Positions 8,097-17,130 of a stretch of 64,000 nucleotides of DNA are shown here, piece after piece. Numbering within the stretch: the first letter of the stretch is position 1; each line of letters opens with the position of its first letter. The notes beneath the pieces were generated by a model that saw only the letters and a program-made list of their open reading frames with translations, was not told the DNA's origin and searched no databases. The position numbers were made by a program, and so were the translations under genes. Origin of the DNA: a virus (Duplodnaviria > Caudoviricetes). The stretch covers positions 1 through 64,000 of the IMG/VR virus record IMGVR_UViG_3300032280_000753. One strand, given 5' to 3'.

Positions 8097-9806
8097 TCAG
8101 CCCTCGCACCATGTGCATTCTGTTAGTTCTCTCTTATATACCGCATTACTATTCTGTTCAGCCTTAAGAATAGATGTTGAACGAAGATAATAAAGGCTCT
8201 TTAATCCACTATTAGCAGCTTCCAAGTGAACTTGATTAATATATTTTGGATCGCTGTTAGCCGGGAAGAATACGTTAATGCTTTGTCCTTGATCAATAAA
8301 CTTCTGTCTTTCAGCCGCCAACTTAATAATAGCAAACTGATTTAGTTCTCTTGCCGTAAGATATACTTCCTTTTGTTCAGCGGTTAAGCATTCCAAATGT
8401 TGAACAGAACCGTCATTCTTAAGGATTGAACCCCAAACTTCATCGGTATCCTGTCCAATGCTCTTAAGAAGCTTCTCAAGTTCTGGATTTCGTCTTACGA
8501 ATGTTCCCTTTGCACTCTTTTGAGCAAATGCATTGGCAATCCATGGCTCAATACCTTGAGATACGTTAGAAGCAATAAGGGAGTTTGATACGGTTGGCGC
8601 TACAGCCATAAGAGTAGCATTTCTTCTGCCATGACCCTTACACCATTCTGGTTCACCATATTCTTTTGCAAGATATCCGGTTGCTATTTCAGCTTCTTCT
8701 CTAATCTTCTTAAAGATAATCTTATTCTGGAGATAAGCCTGTAAGCTATCAAATGCAATCATATTCTTTTGGAAGTATGAATGTAGACCGAGGACACCAA
8801 GACCAAGGGCACGAGACTTTTTAGCAAAACGAAGTGCTTTTTCAAAACCTCTTAAGTTAGCCGATTTTTGAATAAACTCTTCCATTATTCCATCAAGGAA
8901 CCATACAGAAAGCTGAACTGTATCTGTATCCTTCCATTCGTCCCATCTTGCAAGATTAAGGGAAGAAAGGCAGCAAACAAACGTGTGATCCTTGTCCGTT
9001 GGAAGAAATATCTCGGAACAAAGATTAGAACCCTTTAGTCTAATCCCAGTATTCTTTAATACTTCTGGAGCTTGATCATTTGCATTGTCAGAGAAGAAAA
9101 CATAAGGTTCTCCAGTCTCTACACGGCTTTTAATAAGTTCCCTCCAGCGTCTACGGGCTTCCGTGTCTCCAGCCTTTACCTTGTCTATAAAGGCATTAGA
9201 GACGCAAACACCATGATGAAGATTAAGGCATTGACGATTGGTATCTCCAGTTGGACGACGGCTATGAAGGAATTCATCAAAGTCACCATGCTCAATATCA
9301 ATATAAGCAGCACAAGCACCTCTACGGGTAGAACCCTGTGATATGCCAAGAATAACGCTATCTGCCATCTTCATAAATGGAACAACTCCATCCGAATGAC
9401 CACCCTTGGATATCGGTGCTCCCTTTGGACGAATATCATTAATGTGTATAGCCGTTCCACCACCATACTTGGATAGCATTGCTACTTCTTGTAGGGTTTC
9501 AAGGATCTCATATGTGTCATCTGCCATATATGAAGAGAAACAAGAAATAGGAAGACCTCTGTCCGTTCCTGCATTACATAGAACTGGAGTAGAAGGACAT
9601 AGCCAGTTCTTCCATAATATATCAAAAAAACGAGCTTCAAGTTCTGGCTTCTTAAGAGAACGAGATACTGTAGAAGCTACACGACGATACATCTCTTTTG
9701 GAGTTTCTTCTCCAAACAAGTAACCGCCACATAAAGTTTGATAAGCAGAGTTTTCAAGCCATTCCGGTGCATCACCAGCCGCTTTTAATTGTTCTAATGT
9801 CTTCAT
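8097..9806 (-). CDS. nrdA: ribonucleotide reductase class I alpha subunit (no ATP cone)
   Basis: PSTPVL, PISCF, SNLCSEI, VCCLSS, APTVSNS, IDQGQS, KSLYY, C-terminal CTWCEG. Confidence 0.95.
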   Translation of the reverse strand: MKTLEQLKAAGDAPEWLENSAYQTLCGGYLFGEETPKEMYRRVASTVSRSLKKPELEARFFDILWKNWLCPSTPVLCNAGTDRGLPISCFSSYMADDTYEILETLQEVAMLSKYGGGTAIHINDIRPKGAPISKGGHSDGVVPFMKMADSVILGISQGSTRRGACAAYIDIEHGDFDEFLHSRRPTGDTNRQCLNLHHGVCVSNAFIDKVKAGDTEARRRWRELIKSRVETGEPYVFFSDNANDQAPEVLKNTGIRLKGSNLCSEIFLPTDKDHTFVCCLSSLNLARWDEWKDTDTVQLSVWFLDGIMEEFIQKSANLRGFEKALRFAKKSRALGLGVLGLHSYFQKNMIAFDSLQAYLQNKIIFKKIREEAEIATGYLAKEYGEPEWCKGHGRRNATLMAVAPTVSNSLIASNVSQGIEPWIANAFAQKSAKGTFVRRNPELEKLLKSIGQDTDEVWGSILKNDGSVQHLECLTAEQKEVYLTARELNQFAIIKLAAERQKFIDQGQSINVFFPANSDPKYINQVHLEAANSGLKSLYYLRSTSILKAEQNSNAVYKRELTECTWCEG

Positions 9807-9823
9807 ATATTATTTCTCTTCAA

Positions 9824-10804
9824 TCAAAACATATCGTCAAAGTTGACAACTCCACGGCTATAATCCGTTGGCTTAACGCTGAAGAAATCATCAAGTCTAA
9901 CTCCAGCACCAATAGCATCAAACCATTCCATACGCTTCAATGCATCCTTGTCTACATTCTTCCAGTTTTGTTTTAAACCGAGTTTTCCAAGTTGCATGTT
10001 TGCACGGTGACGAATAAAATCTTTCAAATCCTCTTTCGAAAGACCTTCAATGTCGCCTTTCTCAAAAACACTATCAATAAAGTTGTCCTCTAAAGAAACA
10101 GTATCTCTTGCCGCTTGGTAGATTTCTTTTTTGAACTCGTCTGTCCAGATCTCTTTATTCTCTTCAATAAATGTTCTAAACAAGTAACAACCAAACTCCG
10201 AATGTAGCGTCTCATCCTTTATACTCCATGTGACAATCTGGCTCATGCCTTTCATCTTATTATAACGAGAGAAATGCAAAAGAACAGCAAATGAAGAGAA
10301 AAGTGAAACGCCTTCCGTAAATGCTGAAAATACTGCAAGAGATTTAGCCATTGCCATTTTCTTCTCTATGGTCATTTCAGTAGTATCAATGTTTCCAGTC
10401 TCTACAAGACGATCAATCTTTGCCTTAATATTTGGATCCGCAAGAAATGCTTCATAATCAGCAAATCCAAGAGTTTCATCAAGTAAAGAATAAGCTTGCG
10501 TATGAATAGTCTCAAAAGAAGCCATTGTTGTAGCAGCCATAACAATCTCTGGATGCTGAAACCAACGACCTACCTTGTTTGACCAATAATCATTAACGAA
10601 TATCTCCGTCTGGGTAAATCCCTTTAGAATGCCGCCAATTACAGACTTTTCAGAAGGCGTAAGGTTCATATTCCAATCAAGTAGATCCTGATTGAGAGTG
10701 ACCTCCGAAGAAAGCCAATGCGCTTGCTGCTGTTTAAGCCAGAAGTCGAAACTTTGTGGATATAAAAATGGCTTGTAATTGATACGACGTTCTAATAGGG
10801 ACAT
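9824..10804 (-). CDS. nrdB: ribonucleotide reductase class I beta subunit
   Basis: ETIHTQAY, EGVSLFSSF, DETLH, C-terminal DFF...Y. Confidence 0.95.
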   Translation of the reverse strand: MSLLERRINYKPFLYPQSFDFWLKQQQAHWLSSEVTLNQDLLDWNMNLTPSEKSVIGGILKGFTQTEIFVNDYWSNKVGRWFQHPEIVMAATTMASFETIHTQAYSLLDETLGFADYEAFLADPNIKAKIDRLVETGNIDTTEMTIEKKMAMAKSLAVFSAFTEGVSLFSSFAVLLHFSRYNKMKGMSQIVTWSIKDETLHSEFGCYLFRTFIEENKEIWTDEFKKEIYQAARDTVSLEDNFIDSVFEKGDIEGLSKEDLKDFIRHRANMQLGKLGLKQNWKNVDKDALKRMEWFDAIGAGVRLDDFFSVKPTDYSRGVVNFDDMF

Positions 10805-10810
10805 ATTACC

Positions 10811-12253
10811 TCAATGATTTTTCTGGAAATCTCTAATCTTTTCACGGAAGAAGTTCTTTAGATTTCCATCCTCAAGCTCTTCTTGATTGGATTTGGCACG
10901 ATTAAACTCTTCTTCCGATAGGACACGAAGTTTAGAACGAGCTGTATCCAAATGTACTTGGAATTGCACACCGTCAACACCGGCACGGTTCTTTGCAATG
11001 AATACGTTACCATACCCAGTTGACTTTGCCATAGACTTTCTTGCAAGACCAATAACGAAATCTGCTACGTGTGCCTGACCATAAGCTTCTGCCATGTTGG
11101 TAAGGTCAACATAGTCCTTGTTAGCGCCTTCCTTATTGGACTGTGAAGCCGTCCATACAGGAATATCTACCTCGTTAGCAAAACCACGAAGTTCTTCATA
11201 GATTTTCTTTAGTTCAAGACGTAGAAGCTCATACTTTTCTGTTGAACGCATGATACCGGCATAATCAATGATCAATACGTCTGGACGGAAACCTTCAATT
11301 GTCAACTTATCAATATGTGAACGAAGGGTATTGATGGTTGCCGTTCCAGTTGCATAATATTTGATCTTTAGACGACCAAGAGTTTCTGCATTGTCTTCAT
11401 AGAACTTTTTAATCTTCTCTTTGTGCTCATAGCAATCAATGCTATCAATTCCAAGCAAATGGCTATCATAACGAATGCCGGTTGCTCTTTCATTTAGCTC
11501 AAAGGTATAATGAAGGACATTCTTACCTTGTAGAAGGGCTTGTGCTCCAAAGTGAACAAGCAAATGGCTCTTGCCTACACCGGTAGGAGCAATGATTACA
11601 CCAAGTTCGCCAGCACCAAGACCGCCATTAAGGATCTTCTTTTCATCAAGCTGTGGAACTCCAGTTGCTACGGTTCTACGGAAGGTTTCGCTATAACGGG
11701 CATCAACATCGTCCCTAAGCTCAAGACCTGGGGAATGCTCATTACCGGCATTGATAGCCGATTTAATCGTCTCTACTACCTTCTCATACTTCTCTGTCTC
11801 AATGAACTCAATGGAGGCTTCAAGAGCCTTCTGGAGCCCTGCACGCTTACAGAAGTCAAGTGACTTCTCCTTAACGTAGCCGAGATCACCGAGATCATTG
11901 TTTTGCTCCACACGAATAAGGAAATCGTGGATTTGTGAACGAAGAATGCCATCTGAAGGGTTCTTTAGTTCTGAAGCAATGATTTGTGCAAGAAGCGCCA
12001 TTGATGGAAACTCCTTATATTTCTTATTGTAAGACATATAAGTGTCTGCAATCTTTTTAAGATATGCATACTGGAAGAAATTTACATCAAGAACCTCCGC
12101 AAACTGGGAAGCCCAGTTTCTATCTATCAGGAAAGCCTGGACAATCTTCTCTTGGAAGCTCTTGTCAAAAGAGAAATGCTTTCCAGGTTCTGCCTTGGTG
12201 GGCTCTGGTTTAACTTGATCAACGTTCATCGTTTTCATAAATACTACGCTCAT
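10811..12253 (-). CDS. DnaB-like replicative helicase (T4 gp41-like)
   Basis: Walker A APTGVGKS, YTFEL, IIDYAG, VWTASQ, KNRAG. Confidence 0.92.
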   Translation of the reverse strand: MSVVFMKTMNVDQVKPEPTKAEPGKHFSFDKSFQEKIVQAFLIDRNWASQFAEVLDVNFFQYAYLKKIADTYMSYNKKYKEFPSMALLAQIIASELKNPSDGILRSQIHDFLIRVEQNNDLGDLGYVKEKSLDFCKRAGLQKALEASIEFIETEKYEKVVETIKSAINAGNEHSPGLELRDDVDARYSETFRRTVATGVPQLDEKKILNGGLGAGELGVIIAPTGVGKSHLLVHFGAQALLQGKNVLHYTFELNERATGIRYDSHLLGIDSIDCYEHKEKIKKFYEDNAETLGRLKIKYYATGTATINTLRSHIDKLTIEGFRPDVLIIDYAGIMRSTEKYELLRLELKKIYEELRGFANEVDIPVWTASQSNKEGANKDYVDLTNMAEAYGQAHVADFVIGLARKSMAKSTGYGNVFIAKNRAGVDGVQFQVHLDTARSKLRVLSEEEFNRAKSNQEELEDGNLKNFFREKIRDFQKNH

Positions 12254-12308
12254 AGGTTCTTTCTACCTTACCTTACTTAATTCTGAATTTTTATTTAAAC
12301 CCTTATTT

Positions 12309-13319
12309 TTATCGAAGAAAGTTACGCATCTGCGAACAAAACCGGTCATAATCAAAGGTTGCATTAATACCGCACTCAAGCACAGTCTTAATCAATCCAA
12401 GCTTATCCATCTTTGGTTCATGGCTGTCTACAATGTAGTTTATCTTATTAATCTGACTGGCACTAAGATTGCTACTGTTCAAATACATTAACTCCCAATT
12501 ACGCCTTAACAACTCTTCACATTGGGATATGTGGTCATATATTGCAATAGGTTTCTTCTTTCCTATATTCGCTGCTCGGGCTTCTGAAATGATGGTAGCT
12601 ATATCCAGGTCTTCTTCTGTAGAAGCCATTTTAGGAAATCGTTTAGCTACCGTCTTGAACCCCGCACCAGGGACACCAGCTACGTTATCGCTATCATCTC
12701 CAGCTATGGTTTTAGCCAAACAGAAGTTTCTGGCAGAAATACCAAACTTATTGATTACTTCATTTCCGGTTACAATCTTACGGGTAGCCGGATCATATAT
12801 TTCTATAAGGGGATTATGAAGTAATTGGTAGAAGTCTTTATCGTTAGACACGATAATCTTTTTGGCGTTTACATTACGTAACTTATCTTGAGCAAGATAT
12901 GCAATGATATCATCACATTCTGTATCTTGCACGTAAATCTGACATACGGGAGTGCTCTTAAGTAGAGCTGTTAGCATTGTGATCTGTTGAACCCTTGTTT
13001 GATCATCTAATGCCAAAACATCCCGAATGCTCTCCTTGCCTTGTTGGATTTTCTTCACTTCCTTCATCTTGGCTCTATTTGCCTTGTATTCGGGGGAAAT
13101 GTGTTTGCGCCTTTGAGACGGACCACCGTTTTCCCAGACAACGTATACACGGGATGGGCAGAAGGTTCCAACGAGGTAGTCAACCGATTTCATGAACCCA
13201 ACCACTCCTCCTACCGGCTGACTATGGAGATTTATTTCCTGATTAACTAAAAAATGCCTGATAAAATTGTTAAAAGCGTCGATGATTAGTATCGGTCTTT
13301 CTGTAGTTGTTGAGGTCAT
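12309..13319 (-). CDS. 5'-3' exonuclease / flap endonuclease (T4 RNase H-like)
   Basis: IIDAFN, YKANR, ECDDIIA, SNDKDFYQL, GDDSDNVAGVPGAG (H3TH). Confidence 0.92.
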   Translation of the reverse strand: MTSTTTERPILIIDAFNNFIRHFLVNQEINLHSQPVGGVVGFMKSVDYLVGTFCPSRVYVVWENGGPSQRRKHISPEYKANRAKMKEVKKIQQGKESIRDVLALDDQTRVQQITMLTALLKSTPVCQIYVQDTECDDIIAYLAQDKLRNVNAKKIIVSNDKDFYQLLHNPLIEIYDPATRKIVTGNEVINKFGISARNFCLAKTIAGDDSDNVAGVPGAGFKTVAKRFPKMASTEEDLDIATIISEARAANIGKKKPIAIYDHISQCEELLRRNWELMYLNSSNLSASQINKINYIVDSHEPKMDKLGLIKTVLECGINATFDYDRFCSQMRNFLR

Positions 13320-13426
13320 AGAAAAGATACTATACTAACTCATATAATTGATATACCAGTTAGAAATGAACTTCGAAACAATACTTAATGTATTATAACT
13401 GTTAATAACAGAGAGGAAACTATAAT

Positions 13427-13948
13427 ATGAAGATTACAGTAACGCAATTAAAGAATTTAATCCGTGAACAAGTAGAAGAAATGGCAATGAGTGAAGGCGT
13501 ATCTTTAGATCTAGAAAACTTGAATACTAGATCGAAAGATGCTGAAAAAAAAGTTCAGGCAACTGGAAATGAAAAAATGATTAATGATTGGAATGAATTA
13601 AAAAATTATATAGGTGTATGGGCTAAGACCGTTCAAAAAGAAGGCGGTAACGTTGATGGCAATAGAATTGGGTCATTTGTTCAAAAAGTTTTTCCAAATA
13701 AAATGATAGCTCCACTTTGGAATAGAGTTGTAAGCGATATTTTAACTGGCGACGTGGCGATGGTAGGGCTCGGCAAGGCAAGCACTCAACTTGATCAATC
13801 CATTATAAATGATCTAATGGAAGCATATGATAAACTTCCCAAAGAAAGTGGTGGAATGATGGGAAAGGTCAAAGGTTTCTTTGGCATGAAAGAAATGCGT
13901 CAAATGGTTAAAGAAGAAGTAGCACGTCAACTTCGCAATAAACGCTGA
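13427..13948 (+). CDS. hypothetical protein with MKITxxQLKxLIRE leader, probably head-packaged
   Basis: SD GAGAGGA and TACTTA upstream; the leader motif recurs at the C-terminus (EMRQMVKEEV). Confidence 0.7.
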   Translation: MKITVTQLKNLIREQVEEMAMSEGVSLDLENLNTRSKDAEKKVQATGNEKMINDWNELKNYIGVWAKTVQKEGGNVDGNRIGSFVQKVFPNKMIAPLWNRVVSDILTGDVAMVGLGKASTQLDQSIINDLMEAYDKLPKESGGMMGKVKGFFGMKEMRQMVKEEVARQLRNKR

Positions 13949-13971
13949 AAATAAAGTTAAATCTAAAATTG

Positions 13972-14009
13972 AAAACGCCGCCTGGAAATCAATCCCGAGC
14001 GGCGTTTTT
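13972..14009. repeat. CGCCGC/GCGGCG hairpin repeat copy 1 (bidirectional terminator)
   Basis: aaaacgccgc...gaaatcaatc...gcggcgtttt between convergent genes. Confidence 0.75.
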
Positions 14010-14028
14010 CTTTTCTATCTCTTATGTT

Positions 14029-14577
14029 TCACTTGCCAGACGAACCGAAACCAGCAGAACCTCTATTGGTTTCAGTTACCTTATCACTCTCAGCCATTAC
14101 TACCTCTCCAGCAGTAGACACCTTGTAAACTACCAATTGTGCAATACGATCTCCAACGCTAAATACAGCGTCTTCTGAACCCATATTAACAAGGGTAACG
14201 CCTATCTCACCACGATAGTTTGGATCTATAATGCCACCAACAGGGAATACTCCCTTGCTGGCTAATCCACTACGTCCCTCAATCTTCATAAAAATACGAT
14301 TACGATCATTATCCATTATAGGCATATCTGCAAGTTGAATACCAGTTGCCATCTTTTTTACAGTTCCGGCTGGAATGGTAACATTCTCCGAACAATAAAC
14401 ATCAAATCCAATGTCTCCATCTCTTACAGCATGAGGCACTTTAGCATTATCATTCATGCGCTTAAATTTGATATTGATTGTTCTGGAAACCTTTGGTATT
14501 TGTGGATCATACCAGTTTTTATCAACGGTTCTATATGAACTCTGTGCTATGCTATCACTTATATTGTTATTACTCAT
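14029..14577 (-). CDS. dut: trimeric dUTPase
   Basis: GFDV, GRSGLA, GIIDPNYRGEIGV, GDRIAQL, RGSAGFGSSG; SD AGGAG before ATG 14577. Confidence 0.95.
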   Translation of the reverse strand: MSNNNISDSIAQSSYRTVDKNWYDPQIPKVSRTINIKFKRMNDNAKVPHAVRDGDIGFDVYCSENVTIPAGTVKKMATGIQLADMPIMDNDRNRIFMKIEGRSGLASKGVFPVGGIIDPNYRGEIGVTLVNMGSEDAVFSVGDRIAQLVVYKVSTAGEVVMAESDKVTETNRGSAGFGSSGK

Positions 14578-14598
14578 ACGATATTTCTCCTGTAGAAA

Positions 14599-14656
14599 GA
14601 ACAAAGGCGACAACCTTGTAACTCTATCTCTAAAGTTTAGATTACCGCCTTTGTTT
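14599..14656 (-). promoter_or_regulatory. long stem-loop between recA and dut
   Basis: 15-bp outer stem ACAAAGGCGGUAAUC/GGUUGUCGCCUUUGU (with GU pairs) and inner stem AACUUUA-GAGA-UAGAGUU. Confidence 0.55.
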
Positions 14657-14682
14657 TGGGTGTTATGTGTTAGGTGTTTTTA

Positions 14683-15906
14683 TCAGGCGCTTAACTCGTC
14701 AGCGGTTCTTACGTCGCCCTCGGATATCCCCTCATACGTGAGATGATCTTCTGGTTTGTCATTACCGCTAAGGATGAGTGCAGCATCCATCAAAGCATTA
14801 ACATACTCTGAGTATTCTGGCTTGTTCAGAACCTTCTGGGCAAACTCATTTTTATAGAATTTAACTTCTGTTCCTACTTCACCAGTTCTATTGTCAGTTA
14901 CGGTAAAGGTCTTCCAAGCCCCATCACCGGCAATAGCTACGGACTTATCTCCGACGCTAACGCCATTCTTTGCATTTTTACAATGTTCACGAAGAAGATC
15001 AAAAATCTCTTCTTCTTCAAAGATACCACGTCCAAACAAGATGCGGAAACCAACCTTACGGAAAGGCTTTGCTACCTTGTTTTTAATGGTCTTTGCCGTT
15101 ACGTTAATACCAACAACGTTTTCATCTTTATCTTTAATTGCAGAGCCGCCATCAAGACGAATTCTAACAGATGAAGAATATGGTATTGCCATACCACCAG
15201 ATGTAGTCGTTGGATCACCAAACATTACACCGATCTTCAATCTCTGCTGTGATACCAGCACCAATAAGACCTTCTGACCACCGATAACGTTGGCAATCTT
15301 TCGCATACCCTTTGATAGAACACGTGCTTGAAGACCAATCGTGTTCTGATCATAGTCGCCCTCTAACTCAGCCTTTGGAGAAGATTGAGAGACGCTATCC
15401 CACATAACGGTTACGGGAACGTCTTTTGTCATCGTGCGGGCTTTGAGAATTGTGCTCTCTATTACGGAGAGGATCTCTTCTGTGCAGGCAGACTGCACAA
15501 ATACAAATCTTCTTGCTACGTCAACACCCATATTAGCAAGAGTATCTGGATTTGTTGCATTCTCCGTATCGATATAAACCGCAATGCCACCCATTCTTTG
15601 GGTAGAACGTGCTATTTGAGCCATTAGGGTTGACTTACCGATACCGGGCGGACCTTGTATTTCTACAATCCTACCCTCTGGCATTCCACCACCACGACGA
15701 TTACCTATGATATAGTCTAACTGACGTGAGCCGGTAGAAATCCAGCGATGAACGTATGTTGGTGCATCATCTACACCGAGGTTAAAAGCAATCTTATCGT
15801 TATGTTCTTTATTGATTGCTTTAATAAGATCAGATGAAAAATCATCTGTTACTGCATCTTGAACTGTTTGCTGTGTATCTCCTGATTTCTTTGTAGGTTT
15901 TGCCAT
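14683..15906 (-). CDS. recA: RecA/UvsX recombinase
   Basis: GRIVEIQGPPGIGKST, YIDTENA, WDSV, IGLQARVLSKGMRK, IGVMFGDPTTTSGG, KNKVAKPF. Confidence 0.95.
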   Translation of the reverse strand: MAKPTKKSGDTQQTVQDAVTDDFSSDLIKAINKEHNDKIAFNLGVDDAPTYVHRWISTGSRQLDYIIGNRRGGGMPEGRIVEIQGPPGIGKSTLMAQIARSTQRMGGIAVYIDTENATNPDTLANMGVDVARRFVFVQSACTEEILSVIESTILKARTMTKDVPVTVMWDSVSQSSPKAELEGDYDQNTIGLQARVLSKGMRKIANVIGGQKVLLVLVSQQRLKIGVMFGDPTTTSGGMAIPYSSSVRIRLDGGSAIKDKDENVVGINVTAKTIKNKVAKPFRKVGFRILFGRGIFEEEEIFDLLREHCKNAKNGVSVGDKSVAIAGDGAWKTFTVTDNRTGEVGTEVKFYKNEFAQKVLNKPEYSEYVNALMDAALILSGNDKPEDHLTYEGISEGDVRTADELSA

Positions 15907-15926
15907 TTGTTTCCTTCTTTCCAATC

Positions 15927-15955
15927 ATCATATACCAACCGCATCTAAACGTAAA
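15927..15955 (-). promoter_or_regulatory. sigma70-like promoter for recA
   Basis: TTTACG-17nt-TATGAT. Confidence 0.55.
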
Positions 15956-15983
15956 CTGAAATCAGATGAAAAAAATATAAGTT

Positions 15984-16014
15984 AAACGCCGCTCAAGTTT
16001 CCTTGGCGGCGCTT
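15984..16014. repeat. CGCCGC/GCGGCG hairpin repeat copy 2
   Basis: aagttaaacgccgctcaagtttccttggcggcg, downstream of ssb. Confidence 0.7.
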
Positions 16015-16053
16015 CTCTTTCTATCCCTCAATACCGAGGGGACGTTTCAAGCG

Positions 16054-16878
16054 TCATAGGTCCGAAAAGGCATCATCAATTGACTTCTTAGCCTTCTTTG
16101 CCTTTGCTTCCGTGACGGACTTATCCTTTGCTTCTTCTACTTCTTCGGAGGAAACCTCTGATGAAGAACCATTACCTGCAAGGAAGTTTTGAAGCATCGC
16201 ATTAAGCTCGTCCTCGCTCTTTGTCTGTGCCTTGAAATAAGCTTCAAGGTTTGGAATAGCGGCAACGATCTTCTCGGATACATCGGCGCTCTTTGCGAGA
16301 GGTGAAGGCTTACGGCGTGGCTGAAGCTTGATATCCTTAACTGGATTACCAGCAAAGGTCTTATCAGTAGGAGATACAGTTACGGTGAAATCATAACCGG
16401 TTTCTGGATCCATAAGGTTTTCATCCTTATAGTCAGGGTGAGCAAGGACGCTGTAAATATCCTTTACAAGCTTGCTGTTTAGTTCCCAGAGCTGAACACC
16501 CTTGTCCTCTTCACCACGAACGAGGATTGGAGCATAGTAACGCTCCTTTGGCTGAAGATTGCGCCAGAGGGTCCAGGCTTCCTTTGACTTATCCTTCTTT
16601 AGATCGGTAAGGAGATTAAAGACAGGATCTGTGGTGCCTTCAAACTGACAACCGGCTACGAACCTACGTTCAGAAAGAAGGCGGCTATCATAATAGCTTA
16701 CCTCATGGAAGGGCTGACCATTACGATCCTGATATGGGAGGAAGCGAATATCATGCTGACCAAGCTGCGGCTTCCACCAGTTTACTTTGGTCTTTTCTGT
16801 GTTCTTTGAACCGGCTGATGCACGATTACCAGAAAGTTGATTGATCTTTGCCTTAATGGCGTCGAGGTTGTAACTCAT
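16054..16878 (-). CDS. single-stranded DNA-binding protein (T4 gp32-like)
   Basis: WWKP...IRFLP, RYYAPILVRG, DPETGYDF, acidic C-terminal tail ending DDAFSDL. Confidence 0.85.
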   Translation of the reverse strand: MSYNLDAIKAKINQLSGNRASAGSKNTEKTKVNWWKPQLGQHDIRFLPYQDRNGQPFHEVSYYDSRLLSERRFVAGCQFEGTTDPVFNLLTDLKKDKSKEAWTLWRNLQPKERYYAPILVRGEEDKGVQLWELNSKLVKDIYSVLAHPDYKDENLMDPETGYDFTVTVSPTDKTFAGNPVKDIKLQPRRKPSPLAKSADVSEKIVAAIPNLEAYFKAQTKSEDELNAMLQNFLAGNGSSSEVSSEEVEEAKDKSVTEAKAKKAKKSIDDAFSDL

Positions 16879-16979
16879 TTATTCACCTATGTTGCCCAAT
16901 GGGACTTTAATGATACAGAGGAAGGATATAAGCCATAAAATCCACCAATGGATACAAGAGCTTATAAGAACCTCTGTAT
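16879..16979 (-). promoter_or_regulatory. structured 5' leader of the ssb gene
   Basis: Three nested stems (atacagagg/cctctgtat, tataagc/gcttata, atcca/tggat) plus a small CCCAUUGGG hairpin before the SD. Confidence 0.6.
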
Positions 16980-16983
16980 GTTA

Positions 16984-17012
16984 ATTATAATCTAATTCCC
17001 GCTTTTTGTATC
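16984..17012 (-). promoter_or_regulatory. sigma70-like promoter for ssb
   Basis: GATACA-17nt-TATAAT. Confidence 0.55.
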
Positions 17013-17074
17013 TCTAACTTCATTTAATCTACATCATAGGAAAATATATATAAACCGTTATTCAATATAAAGTT

Positions 17075-17107
17075 AAACGCCGCTCCGAAATCAATCAGGG
17101 CGGCGTT
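17075..17107. repeat. CGCCGC/GCGGCG hairpin repeat copy 3
   Basis: aagttaaacgccgctccgaaatcaatcagggcggcgtt. Confidence 0.72.
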
Positions 17108-17130
17108 ATCATTTTTATATGACAAATACC

